From positions 858,599-922,598 of the forward strand of contig CM082581.2 in NCBI GenBank assembly GCA_040954595.2: a DNA stretch of 64,000 nucleotides, in the 5' to 3' direction. This document shows positions 1 through 12,224 of this stretch, in pieces. The DNA comes from Balanoglossus misakiensis (Eukaryota > Animalia > Hemichordata). Within the stretch, counting starts at the first letter, position 1; each line of letters opens with the position of its first letter. The notes under the pieces were generated by a model. It did not search any database. It saw only the letters and a list, made by a program, of their open reading frames with translations, and had not been told where the DNA came from. The position numbers and the translations under genes are program-made.

Positions 1-1955
1 GGCTGAAACTTGGTAGGGTGATAGGGGCCAATGAGTAGACGTGCAGTGGCTCGTGAATATTTAATTAGTCACGTGACCTGGCGGCCATATTGCATTTCCT
101 GACAATCGTTAAACGAGTCCTTCTCAAAAACTACTGGGCCGATCGAGTTCAAATTTGGTGTACAGGTAGCCTACCTTCTGTCCATCATTTTACCCCATTG
201 AAATCATGACGTCACACATAAAGTTTTTTTGCTACAATTGATTTTCTGAAAAACTACTTAAAACTTTAAAAATCTTCTTCTCCAGAACCAGCGATTGCCG
301 AGTCACAGGATTCGGGGTATGTGGTCACCTAACCTATGTTTATCAAGTTTGCGAAGCGCACTGTGATTGGTCGATCATTATGGCGGCCATGTTGGATTTT
401 CGGAAAACCATTGAAAAATGAAAATTCTGTTTTGTAGCCAAAATGTTGACAGCACGTAAATTCTTTTTTTGGATATGAGTCATCATATGACCGGAAGTTG
501 TTACAATTTTTCGGGGCAATTTTGACATGACCTTTGACCCAGTTTTAAAACAACTAATTATATATGCATATCCCCATACCTCCTCTTGTAAAAGCACCAC
601 AGTCATGAATTTTGTGGACATGGGTACCAATGCTGCCAGGACATGACACAACTATTTTGGTAATTTTGGCAATGACCCTTGACCTATTTCTGAAACATCA
701 TTTTTCTGCATATCTAATTCCAGGCTAACCAATAGGGCTAGAGGTCTGGTTTTAGTTGGACATGGCCCACTCTGGGGTCAACATTTTATGCCCAAATTTT
801 GGGTGACCTTGGATGACCTTTGATCTAATTTCCCATATCTCAGCATCCACAGCAGTTAGAGTCCTGGCTTTTGGAGGGCCGATGGAGCAGATATGGAGTC
901 TTACACAAGACCTCATTAATTATGCGCATACCTAATTCTAGGCGAACCAATAGAGCTAGGTGTTTGGTTTTTGTTGGACCTAGACTAGTATGGGGTCCGA
1001 TTTTTTTGGTTCGCCTAGAATTAGGTATGCGCATAATTAATGAGGTCTTGTGTAAGACTCCATATCTGCTCCATCGGCCCTCCAAAAGCCAGGACTCTAA
1101 CTGCTGTGGATGCTGAGATATGGGAAATTAGATCAAAGGTCATCCAAGGTCACCCAAAATTTGGGCATAAAATGTTGACCCCAGAGTGGGCCATGTCCAA
1201 CTAAAACCAGACCTCTAGCCCTATTGGTTAGCCTGGAATTAGATATGCAGAAAAATGATGTTTCAGAAATATGTCAAGGGTCATTGCCAAAATTACCAAA
1301 ATAGTTGTGTCATGTCCTGGCAGCATTGGTACCCATGTCCACAAAATTCATGACTGTGGTGCTTTTACAAGAGGAGGTATGGGGATATGCATATATAATT
1401 AGTTGTTTTAAAACTGGGTCAAAGGTCATGTCAAAATTGCCCCGAAAAATTGTAACAACTTCCGGTCATATGATGACTCATATCCAAAAAAAGAATTTAC
1501 GTGCTGTCAACATTTTGGCTACAAAACAGAATTTTCATTTTTCAATGGTTTTCCGAAAATCCAACATGGCCGCCATAATGATCGACCAATCACAGTGCGC
1601 TTCGCAAACTTGATAAACATAGGTTAGGTGACCACATACCCCGAATCCTGTGACTCGGCAATCGCTGGTTCTGGAGAAGAAGATTTTTAAAGTTTTAAGT
1701 AGTTTTTCAGAAAATCAATTGTAGCAAAAAAACTTTATGTGTGACGTCATGATTTCAATGGGGTAAAATGATGGACAGAAGGTAGGCTACCTGTACACCA
1801 AATTTGAACTCGATCGGCCCAGTAGTTTTTGAGAAGGACTCGTTTAACGATTGTCAGGAAATGCAATATGGCCGCCAGGTCACGTGACTAATTAAATATT
1901 CACGAGCCACTGCACGTCTACTCATTGGCCCCTATCACCCTACCAAGTTTCAGCC
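1..1955. repeat. Near-perfect palindrome: arms 1-950 and 1006-1955, 55-bp spacer
   Basis: Position n pairs with 1956-n: ggctgaaacttggtagggtg at 1 with caccctaccaagtttcagcc ending 1955, and ggcgaaccaa 941-950 with ttggttcgcc 1006-1015. ORFs 343..651(-) and 1305..1613(+) give identical translations. One mismatch seen (~684/1272). Confidence 0.97.
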
Positions 1956-3910
1956 CCCAAGGTGCAGCGGTTTTCCAGATCTACCTGGCCGAATTTCTCG
2001 GAAGAAGAAGAAGAAGAAGAAGAATTAAAGCTGCAAGCAGCATTGTCCGGGCCCAAGCTCTATTATCTGATCTGATTATTAGATATGCACATAATTAATG
2101 AGTAGAAACATAATGCTGTGTTTTATCCCATGAAATATCAAGGTTATATCTATGTTTGGTGTTGATATAGTGTTAAGTAGGTCAAAGGTCACCCAGAGGT
2201 CACCCACAATTTGGGCAGAAAATTTTGACCCAAAGTGGTCCATGTCTAACAAAACCCAGACCTCTAGCCCTTTTGGTTAGTCCGGAATTAGGTATGCACA
2301 TAAATAATGCATAAAGCAGGTGTCACAGGTGACCCAAAACTTTGGCTTTTCATTATGGCCCCCATACCTCCAAATGCCAAGGCTGTACCTGCTTTGGATG
2401 CCGATATATGCAAAAGTAGGTCAAAGGTCATCCGAGGTCACCCAACATTTGGGCAAAAAAATTTGACCCAATACTGGTTCATGTCCAACAAAAACCAAAC
2501 CTCTAGGTCTATTGGTTCATCTGTATTTAGGTATGCGCATATTTAATGAGGTCCGCAGAGGTCAAAGGGGTCATGAAAAGTAGCGAAATTTTTTGATCGC
2601 ATACAAATCCACATACATCAAAAACCAAACTTATAGCCCTATTGGTTAGCCTGGAATTAGATATGCAGAAAAATGATGCGTCAAAAGTAGGTCAAAGGTC
2701 ATTGCCAAAATGACCAAAATATTTATAGCTTATTCTTGGCATATGATGATTCATATCCATAAAAAGAATTTCTGTGCTATCAAATTTTAGGCTAGAAAGG
2801 GAATTTTTACTTTTTAATCGTTTTTCACAAAATCCAATATGGCCGCCATAATCTTCGACCAATCACATTTACCTTCCCAAACTTGATAGACATCTGTTTA
2901 ATGACCACACACACCAAATCTTGTGACTCAGTTATCGCCGGTTCTTGAGAAGAAGATTTTTGAAATTTTACTAGGGTTTTTCGAAAATCCAATATGGCCG
3001 CCAAAATCTTCGACCAATCACAATGATCTTCGCAAACTTGATAGACCTCAGTTTGGTGACCACATACCCCAAACCGCGTGACTCGGTTATCGCTGGTTCT
3101 GGAGAAGAAGATTTTTGAAATTTTTACCAGATTTCAGAAAAACAACTGTAGCAAAAAAACTGCAACATTGACAGCATAATTTCCAATTACAAAAATGTTT
3201 GCCAAAAGGTAGTCTACCTGCACGCCAAATTTGAAGTCGATCTGACTTGTAGTTTCTGAGATCTGAGATTTGCATTTTTTCAGAAAATCCAATATGGCCG
3301 CCATGTCACGGTCAAAGGTCATTGCCAAAATTACCAAAATATTTGGGGTAGGTCCTGGCAGGGGTGATACCAATGTGCACAAAAATCAGAACTCTGGTAC
3401 ATTTAGAACAGGTAGAATGAGCTATATATGCATCCCTATAGGTTAGCCTGGAAATAGATATGCAGAAATAATAATGTGTGAAAAGTAGGTCAAAGGTCAA
3501 GTGAAAAATCGCCAAAAATTTGTAACATATTTTAGTCATATGATGATTGATATCCATAAAAATAATTTGCATGCTATCAATGTATAGACTAGAAAAAGGA
3601 ATTTCAATTTTTCACTGCTTTTTACAAAATCCAATATGGCCGCCATATTTTTCGACCAATCACAATGCTCTTTGCAAACCTGATAGACATCAGTGTAATG
3701 ACCATACTCCCCGAATCTTGCGACTCAGTTATCGCCAGTTCTGGAGAAGATTGTTGGAGTTTTACTATGGTTTTTCGAAAATCCAATATGGCCGCCATAA
3801 TCTTCGACCAATCACAATGGTCTTGGCAAACTTAGTAAAAATTGTGGCAAAAAAACTGGAACATGGACAGCATAATGTCCAATTACAAAAATGATGGGCA
3901 GAAGGTAGAC
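1006..3910 (-). mobile_element. Tandem non-autonomous Helentron/HINE-like elements with internal subrepeats
   Basis: The minus strand reads gagcttgggccc...GCTGCttGCAGC tttaat (subterminal motif plus short hairpin, ~2024-2060) directly followed by (TTC)n, the layout of DINE/HINE-type ends. Modules aaatccaatatggccgcc and aggtcaaaggtca recur throughout. Confidence 0.55.
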
Positions 3911-5228
3911 TACAAACTATTATGATTACACACTAATCCACATGCATCATTACACATGCAGTAGTTGAGGGCGAAATACAAAGTTAGAATGGACACATTA
4001 TGTGATTGGTTAATTAGTCACAAGTGATGTGTGGATTGGTTGTAAATAGTTGAAAATTTTCATCTGAATCAGTGAAAGTTTTGACAGAGGTATTTGTTTG
4101 GCTATAAACATATCTTTATTTAAGTGAACAGATCTGTATATTACATTCATTAACTGTGAAGAGGATGTAGTATAGATATACCAATATATTGAGCTGTATA
4201 AACGGAGTGTTAACCCAACACGTCTATGGGGTATGAATCTGAAAGCAACTTCATCCTACGCACTTGAATCCGAAAACGAATCTGACTCCAGCAGAGGCGT
4301 TGACCTGAATCCGGTGAGTAACACGTATACAATTACATGCAGTTTTTAAATGTGGTACGAATGAGAGAATCGGTGGTTTGAACGTATAATACTTGGTGAT
4401 GTTGGTTATGAAGTTGTTGTTTAACCAATGGTAGTGTGATTTTGTTTGTTTGTGAGACGATGGCAGTTTTGTAAGATGTTTTGTATTTTCGTCTCGAGCG
4501 AATTCCAATATGGCGGCTATCGTAACGTGTCGAGATTGCTTACTGTATGTAAAGAATCCATGGTACCGTAAGCATGCATGTTTTGGCAAATGTTATATAT
4601 GTTGAGATGGTGGAGTTTGCTGGATTAAATAGAACAATTAGAGGCTGAGTAAATCAGAGTTTCTAGTGCGTTCCATTCAAGTTGAAATTACGAGATAAGC
4701 TTCTTTTTGCAGTCAATGTACAAATGATTATTTAGACTGGAAAGGGTTTAGGCAAGCGAATCTCTTGAGCGGAAGTGTAGAATTCGGGCGATCGGTGTGT
4801 CATGCGTATGTTACGTACAAGCGTTGGTAAAGTATTATTTCTGGGATGTGTATTTGTAAAAAAAAATAAACTGTGTTATATTTATGGATTGGCTTTTCCA
4901 AATACGTAAATACTGCATTTATTTCTGTGAATATTGTATGTTTATGTGATCAAAAGCCCAGGGGTTATCATTGTAATTTTTATCAGTTAAATCGATTTGT
5001 TTTTTGATAATTGAAAGGAATTTTGCTTCAAATATTGAACAATCTGTGTGAGTACAAAACAGAAACATTGCTGGATTATTTGTTGTTTAGTTGTAGTGAA
5101 TCAACGTTGACAGCACACAACTTCCATTCCGTTTGTAAGAAATGAATCTGCAAGTGGGTTTAGTTCTTGTCTAATACAAATGGTTCGTCAGGTAGAATAA
5201 TGTGATGTGATTTTATTCTTGTGTCTAG

Positions 5229-5357
5229 ATAAATGTGAAGGGTTCTGCTCAAACAATGCTGTTTGCATCAAGGACAGTGATGGCAATCCTGTTTGTGAAT
5301 GTACTGATGAATATCAAGGTGAAACTTGCCGCCAGAGAATACCAATGCAAGTTAAAG
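5229..5357 (+). CDS. Exon encoding an EGF-like domain of a type I membrane protein
   Basis: Bounded by tctag| and |gtgtgt, 129 nt, phase 1-1. Encodes KCEGFCSNNAVCIKDSDGNPVCECTDEYQGETC, a six-Cys EGF pattern. Confidence 0.85.
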
Positions 5358-5624
5358 GTGTGTATACATTTCTTTGTTATTTAATAACTCAAGATTGAAA
5401 AACAATATTCACTAAAGTTTACACATTTGTTTGATCTACATGATTACAGTTTACGTTGTCTTGAAAATATTTGTGAAAATGGTGAAACTGCAACATCTGC
5501 AATATAACTAGATTTTTGGTCAACTAACCATTTTACAATAGTTAAGCATCATAATGAATGGTTGTCTTGCTTTTATCGTAGCATATCGCCCCCGTGACAA
5601 ATAGAAATATTTAAACTCTTACAG

Positions 5625-5721
5625 ATTCCTCCGTTGACACAGCTGTCATCATTGGTGGTGTTGCGGGAGGTTTAGCGGCTGTGTTAGTGCTTGGTGTAAT
5701 AATGTTACTCATGTACCAACG
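5625..5721 (+). CDS. Exon encoding the transmembrane helix
   Basis: Bounded by ttacag| and |gtaagt; in frame with both neighbours. Encodes DSSVDTAVIIGGVAGGLAAVLVLGVIMLLMYQR. Confidence 0.85.
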
Positions 5722-6073
5722 GTAAGTTATTTAGTACTACCAGAGTAGAATCGAGACAGCTGTAGAAATGTTGCCCATCAGAAAACTGGGAATTTACCTG
5801 TATCTTTCCATACATGCATGAGGCAACGTGAAAAATAATCACATCTGTATCGTGGAAGCAAATTTATTCAAAGAGTTCATGCATAGACCTATTCGCGTAT
5901 AGGGTAACTGCAGTGCATCATGGTATAATTTGCGTTCAACATGCATGGCGGCTAACAAGGCAAAGTCACGCGACCAGACCGCAAAGTGTCCAACAACCAC
6001 CTGCGTTATTCTACAGTAGTAACAACATCACAACAAATCCCACATTGATGATGTTCAACTATTTGACATTCAG

Positions 6074-6338
6074 GTGTGCTCTTGGAGGAAAGAAACATCC
6101 AGGCTGGGAAGAACAAGAGGCAACTATGGATATCCATTGGTTTGATGATACAGATGATGTTGATAGCAAGGCAGGGAAAAGTGTGGAAGATGAGGAAGCC
6201 TTCAGAGAAATCTATCACTACAATCCCATGTATAGTGGCGACAGTGGTAGTGCCAGTGGAAGTGAGGAATGGAGACCAAGGCCTCTTAAGAGTAGAAATG
6301 AACTATTTCATGAGAGTCACGGAGACAGATACTTCTAA
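6074..6338 (+). CDS. Terminal exon: acidic cytoplasmic tail with an NPxY motif (LDLR/LRP-like tail)
   Basis: ttcag| acceptor; the phase-2 join gives R-CALGGKK...YHYNPMY...DRYF*. Upstream exons were not found in the window. Confidence 0.8.
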
Positions 6339-7970
6339 TGTGCCATCTCTGTGTGTACATGTATGGTATAATTCAAATGATAACTAGAATGGTTTTCATT
6401 TTGTGAGTTGACACAGTACTGTGATAAGCTTGGTATAATCCCATAAATGATAACAATAATAGTTATGCTTTGTCAGACGACAGTACTGTGATAAGCGCAC
6501 ATTAAATTGGTTGGAGTGAAACAGATCTTTATTATTACACTCTTAGCAACATCTGAATGAAATGATCATAAATAATCATCTTTAAAGTATGTTGGTTATA
6601 AGGCTATATATTTTACATATTTTAAAGAATTTTCCTTAAAAATTTGTTATGACTTATTATAAGGTATTGTGTAATGAAAAAGATATGATAATACGAGAAT
6701 TCCTAAACAACAACATATTTTTGTTGAATTTGGAGGACAAATTTTACAGTGTACCAATTCAGCTCTCCCTTTGCATGCTGACTTGCTTCTGTATTCATAC
6801 AAGGCAGCATTTATCCTTAACTTGATCAGATAGAAGGTCTTTTCATCCAAATGCATAGATTATGAATTATTTCTCTCAATATATTCAGTGACTACCTCCC
6901 GATGATATATATCCTCCTGAATTAGTGCTTCAAATTTTGATATTTTTCTTGATATTTTTCTTTAATTTGACTTCAACCGTCACCATTCTCCAAGACTGTA
7001 AAAGAAGGGAGATGATGATTAACTATTATCAATTTTTTTGCCCCTTGTACTGTCTTTACAACTGGCCGTATAAATCTGATATTTGTTTGGCATGCGAATT
7101 TTGGAATATGGATGTGTATGATCACAATTATAAGATCCTCAAAATAAAAGATCCTATCATTTCATTTGGTTAATAACCAGTTCATAGGTGAATGGAAATA
7201 TAGTTACTCACTTTGAGACCTGACATGTATATATAATAATTCAAAGTATTTATTCGCATATTTTTATATTATTCATGGTGTTATAGATCAATGGAAATTT
7301 TTCAAATTAAATTCATGTATATAAAATGTAGCAATGTAATGTCATATGTGAAACCCTTAATCTTGATATTGTAATTCATTGTAGAATATGATTATATTGT
7401 GTTATTCACTCAACTTGTGCATGTATGTTTAAGATTCATGCAAAATTACTTTTTTATACAAACTGTTCCTTTTTGTGTTGTTCGGAGGTGACAACTCATC
7501 AACAATGAAATAAGTTTGGGAAATTTTTGAACAAAGTCATGAAGTGGAAGTACTATAAATAAGTTTAATATCTGTTTGAGTTGTCCTGCCATAAGTCAAC
7601 ATTTTTAGCTTATACAAATACTGGTGCAACTACAGAACAGTTGAAGAATTTCATCATTATATTTATGTTTTAATTACAAGTATATCAATTGTACCTTTTC
7701 CTTATATTAAAAGCATATTTTTATTATAATATTTAACTGAGTTCTTTGTCTACTTTTTTAAACTGACAATTTGTCAGTCATTACCATAACCCTGGAGTGT
7801 ATTTCACTGTGTCCAGAGATTCTTCTGTAGTTGTTATAATAAGACATCAAACCAGGTCCAATAATCAATATTACTCAAGCTAAGCTAATTACCAGGTCCA
7901 GGTTCAAAAAAGAAATAAGAGAAAAACTTACAATTTCAACAGGATCATCTTGAACCACTGCTAAGTGGTA

Positions 7971-8422
7971 GTACTCGCACAGGGGGGCTGCAAACATGAA
8001 AGTTATAAAAGGCGGAGTTCCTGCATTTTCCCCCAATAAACATTAATTGATGAACAGTCTTTGTGCTTGTTTATTTTTCTGTGTTACCTCCACCTGTCTT
8101 AGCAGTTGCTAATCCAGAATACAAACTATTGCATTTCCCATTAAGCACCTGCTAACGACTTAATCTGTGTGCCCCATCCACGGATTTAGTGGATTAAGTA
8201 AACATCGGTCAGTTCTCACTTGGTAAGAGAATACCCAGTACTCGCTGACCGATGTTTACTTTATTAACTTAATCCATGGATGGGGCACACAGATTAAGTC
8301 GTTAGCAATGGGAAATGGATAGCTTTTATTCTGGATTAGCAAATGATAAGACAGGTTGGGAAAACGCAGAATGGAACGTACTTCGCCATTTATAACTTTC
8401 ATGTTTGCAGCCCCTGTGGTAC
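7971..8422. mobile_element. MITE/foldback element, self-complementary over most of its length
   Basis: ggggctgcaaacatgaaagttataaa (~7984) pairs with tttataactttcatgtttgcagcccc (~8389-8414). Internal pairs gctaacgacttaatctgtgtgccccatcc / ggatggggcacacagattaagtcgttagc and aaacatcggtcag / ctgaccgatgttt. Confidence 0.8.
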
Positions 8423-9054
8423 TAGGTGTCGGAAATGGGTAAGCACACCCTTCCAGCATGCTACACCCGTTAAGACTGACCCAAAGAGACATATTTAAGT
8501 TGAATTTGACTTAACTAACAAATTACTGTTGCAAGTCAAATCCATATTTTGACTTTATCTCTGACTGAGCGCAGCGTTGTCTGAGAGACACTCCACGTCT
8601 TCCTCTTCACAAGCAGCCCACTTCAAGTTTCAGCAACATCCATAATAGTCCTAAAGTTGAGGTGCCAGTTAAAATTAGGTTTTTGGACCAAACTGGAATA
8701 GCTGCCGAAGTTTGGTATTTCAAATGATTGTCAGGTCACCTGTTTATTATATGACTGTGAGGTTTCTAACAAAAGGGAGATGACATACAATCACAAGTGT
8801 AAATCCAATATTGAACATTACTTAAAGGGACAAATTGTTCAAATCCTCTTTTGAGCTTATTTGGTCAATTTTGTTTGATATGAAATGTGCCTATTATGCT
8901 GTTTGACTTCTTTAAACATGCTTAAATACTGGCCAATAAATAACTCCACTATGTTTGAAATTAAACCAGATAGTACAATAATACATTCCAAATGTCATCT
9001 GTGATAACATCATGCTTTGGACTTTTTTACTTTATATATTACATAACATGTTAC

Positions 9055-9300
9055 GGAGGGGGGAGAGAGGTGAGAAAAGGAATGTGAGAAAGGAGAAGAA
9101 AAGCAAGAGGGCGGAAATGAGAATGTCAGGATGGAAAGGGAATGAGGAGAGGACTTTGACAGAAGGGGAGGGGAGAGACCGAATAAGTGAAGGTGAGAGA
9201 GGAAGTGGTTAGACAGGAAGAAAGGGAAATTAAAGCTCAATCACCACCACCACCACCACCACCACAATCATCATCATCACCATCATTGCCATCATCATTC
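9055..9300. repeat. Purine-rich low-complexity tract followed by (CAC)n/(CAT)n
   Basis: Read directly from the sequence. Confidence 0.8.
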
Positions 9301-11041
9301 TGGAGGCATCGTGGCCTGTATTGGCCCATGGGCATCATGGGCCAAAAAAACTGATTCAGTGTAAATGTGCATAAACCACACTTTTGTACGAACTCCTGTA
9401 ACCGGTGACGCAAGTCGTGAGTGGATTTGTGGGCGTGTCGCGACCTTTTCTGTGAATGTGATGCAGAGTGATATATTGATGACCCCCAGCCACCCCCACA
9501 CCCTTTGGTAACACACTTCTTAAACTTTCTTTACATAGAATGGACTTCTCAAACCTTCCTTACCAAAGTTCTGATTAAAGATATCTATCTTCTAGGGTAC
9601 TACCAACAGCGTTTCACGTGACTGTAGACAAGCATCAAGTACCTGTACACAGACAAGGGCGTGCGCGCGTCCACAATAATTTAAAACGAATGTTTCCACC
9701 GCCGTGTGTTTTATGCACATAAACACTGAATCAGCTTTAATATTGTCCCATGATGCCCCGTGAGTTGTCAGGGTACCAAACTGACAATGCTGGAGAAAAA
9801 ATGAAGTGTTGACATGCATGTTGTTGAGGGGTTTCACAATGCATGTTACGGACGCTGGTTTCTCTTAGCAATAGAGTAGAGGCGTAAGGATGGGTTGATC
9901 TTGTGATTAAGAATTTTGGCAAAGAAACAGAAATTGTGTCATTTAGTTTTGTATTAAACCCTATTCGCGTATTTTGTGTTAAAGCACGAAATACTGCAAT
10001 AATGAGATACGGTAGTATTTAACACATATAATATATGATATAATATAGCTTTATCAATACCAGTGAATTTTGTGACGTCATTGCTGTACATTTTTTTATC
10101 TTTTATTTAAAACGCACAATGTTACATCAACAAATCAAAAGAAGAAACGAACTGAAAACTCACATCATAGCTTCAAAATTTATTACACTTTCTGGATGGT
10201 TGCATGATTCCTAAGGTTTGTATACCTTCAACCTCAATGTCACGCGGGAGGATTGGTGTTGGGAATGTAACGGGGAATTAAACTCTATCGATGGGGATAA
10301 CTCGCTTGGCTAATACTGAGAGGTACCTATATGGAATCGTGCTGACGTCCAGATACATCGACACGAACACTGGGTATTTATGGTAGCAACTGAGAATATA
10401 AGAATTTAATGAAATAAACCTACTCGACCACTTGCGTTCTGAGGACAAGAAGGACACAAATAGTCCGCCATCCAAAAGACCGTTCCAGCATTTTATTTTT
10501 ACCCGCCAAAAGACGCGGAGATATATTTTTAGATGAATGATCCATGCATACTCTGATTGCATAGTACTTGTCTTCCTTGTGTTCCTTAAAACAATGAATG
10601 TATTGTATTTTCTTTTCTTTTCATCAGGAATGCGATAACTTTCTTAACACTTCAAAAGTTTCTTTACTCTTCAATCACTTCTGTCTCAACTTTTAAGTTT
10701 AACTTTTACTTCCAAATCTCAGGTCACAAACTCTATAGACTGCTAAACAATTTTCTTCCTAGTGTTGTATGCGCCACTTGTGAATTTTTGCGAGTGAGAT
10801 TCACGGGCGTTTGAGCACAATTTATACAAAATATGTTTATCGCCATTAGAAAAACGTTCGCGTAGAATCAATGACGTCATGGTAAATTTTAGCTGCATGC
10901 TCCAATAGGGATGATAGGGAGACTACTTGTTGTAGAGCACCTGAAAATATACGTATTTCGTCACTTCCTTTATGCGAAATTTAATTCTTAACGGCATCTT
11001 AGTTTTAAGATTTGTGATTCCTTTTTTCTTCAGTTGTACAT

Positions 11042-11340
11042 TTGCATCACAGGATACTTCTTTGTAGACTATCGAACCTTGGCATCTCAGACACAGTACT
11101 AACATGGTTTACATCTTACCTTCAATATAGATATCAAACTGTAATCATCGAAAACACTGCAAGTTCACAGTCACCTCTCGTATATGGGGTGCCACTGCCC
11201 CTCTGTTGTTCACCATTTATATAGCCCCACTTTATAGTAAACCGATTCGTCCCCACATCCTACAATTTCATCAGTACGCGGATGATAACCAGCGATACCT
11301 CGCCTTTTCCCATCAAGATTCAACCTCTGACGTTCCTGTC
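11042..11340 (+). mobile_element. Degraded CR1/L2-type LINE reverse transcriptase fragment
   Basis: ILLCRLSNLGISDTVLTWFTSYLQYRYQTV...YGVP, followed by FHQYADDNQRYL (YADD catalytic motif, ~11267-11305). Confidence 0.85.
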
Positions 11341-11377
11341 TTCTAAGGATTGTTGAACTTTAATTCATGCAGTTTGT

Positions 11378-11917
11378 TGTTACGGCCGGTCGTCCTCCGG
11401 ACGTTTACCTCATCGGCTTCTGTGGGGAATCAGCCACGTCCGAAAGCTGACGGCGTACATTCTCTCCATCTCCTTCTCCACCCAACATATTCATAAAGTC
11501 CGAGAGAGGTACCCGGCAGATCGTAAACCTTTCGTAGACAGAGACTTGCAAGAAGTTTTCCGAGTAACACAAAGTTCTGGTTTATTACTGGTCACACGTA
11601 AGAATTACACGACTCGATCCATGCTCGTTGACTCCCATCACGGATCTCCGGTGATAAATGTGTGATCTCAAATTTCACCACACCTTATTAATACGTTAGT
11701 CAAGTATTAAGTCATAAAAGGAACACGTCATCTTGATATTTCTTAAACATGAACTTAGCGCGTGATATCTCTATCTCGTTCTGACATGTATCAATTACAC
11801 AATCTTGTTTACTCTGGGTCAAGTACCAATGTCAATACTGGACTAAAACCATATAAGTGAATGACTTCTTACGTAATCATAAACAAGATCTATGATCGTT
11901 AAAACTCAATCGTGACA
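11378..11917 (-). mobile_element. Probable solo LTR (540 bp)
   Basis: Inverted termini TGTTACG...CGTGACA. Flanks tttgt and cttgt form a 5-bp target duplication with one mismatch. Minus-strand AATAAA at ~11581. Confidence 0.6.
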
Positions 11918-12224
11918 CTTGTATTACCGCTGGTTTCTCATGATTGTTCATGCATCGGGGAATCTGTAGCGATGAGGTAACGGGCTCTGACGAGAACCGT
12001 GATCCACGGAGAAACGTATCTGATTTACGTTCATTTATTGTCCGGAATTATTATAGTACATCAAATACGCCCAGTAAAGTACATGAGGAAGGGAACGAGC
12101 TCAGTAGCCTGAGGTACTCCCATCTCCCGTTAGATTATTCTCCCCTAACTTTGGAAACAAAGTTCTCTTATAATTACTTTTCTCAAGGCGTGGTTAACCA
12201 TGTAAAATATCACAAATACATGTA

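Noticed and set aside
343-1613. Two pairs of duplicated small ORFs as real genes
   Set aside because: They are a by-product of the palindrome in repeat DNA and have no recognisable domains.
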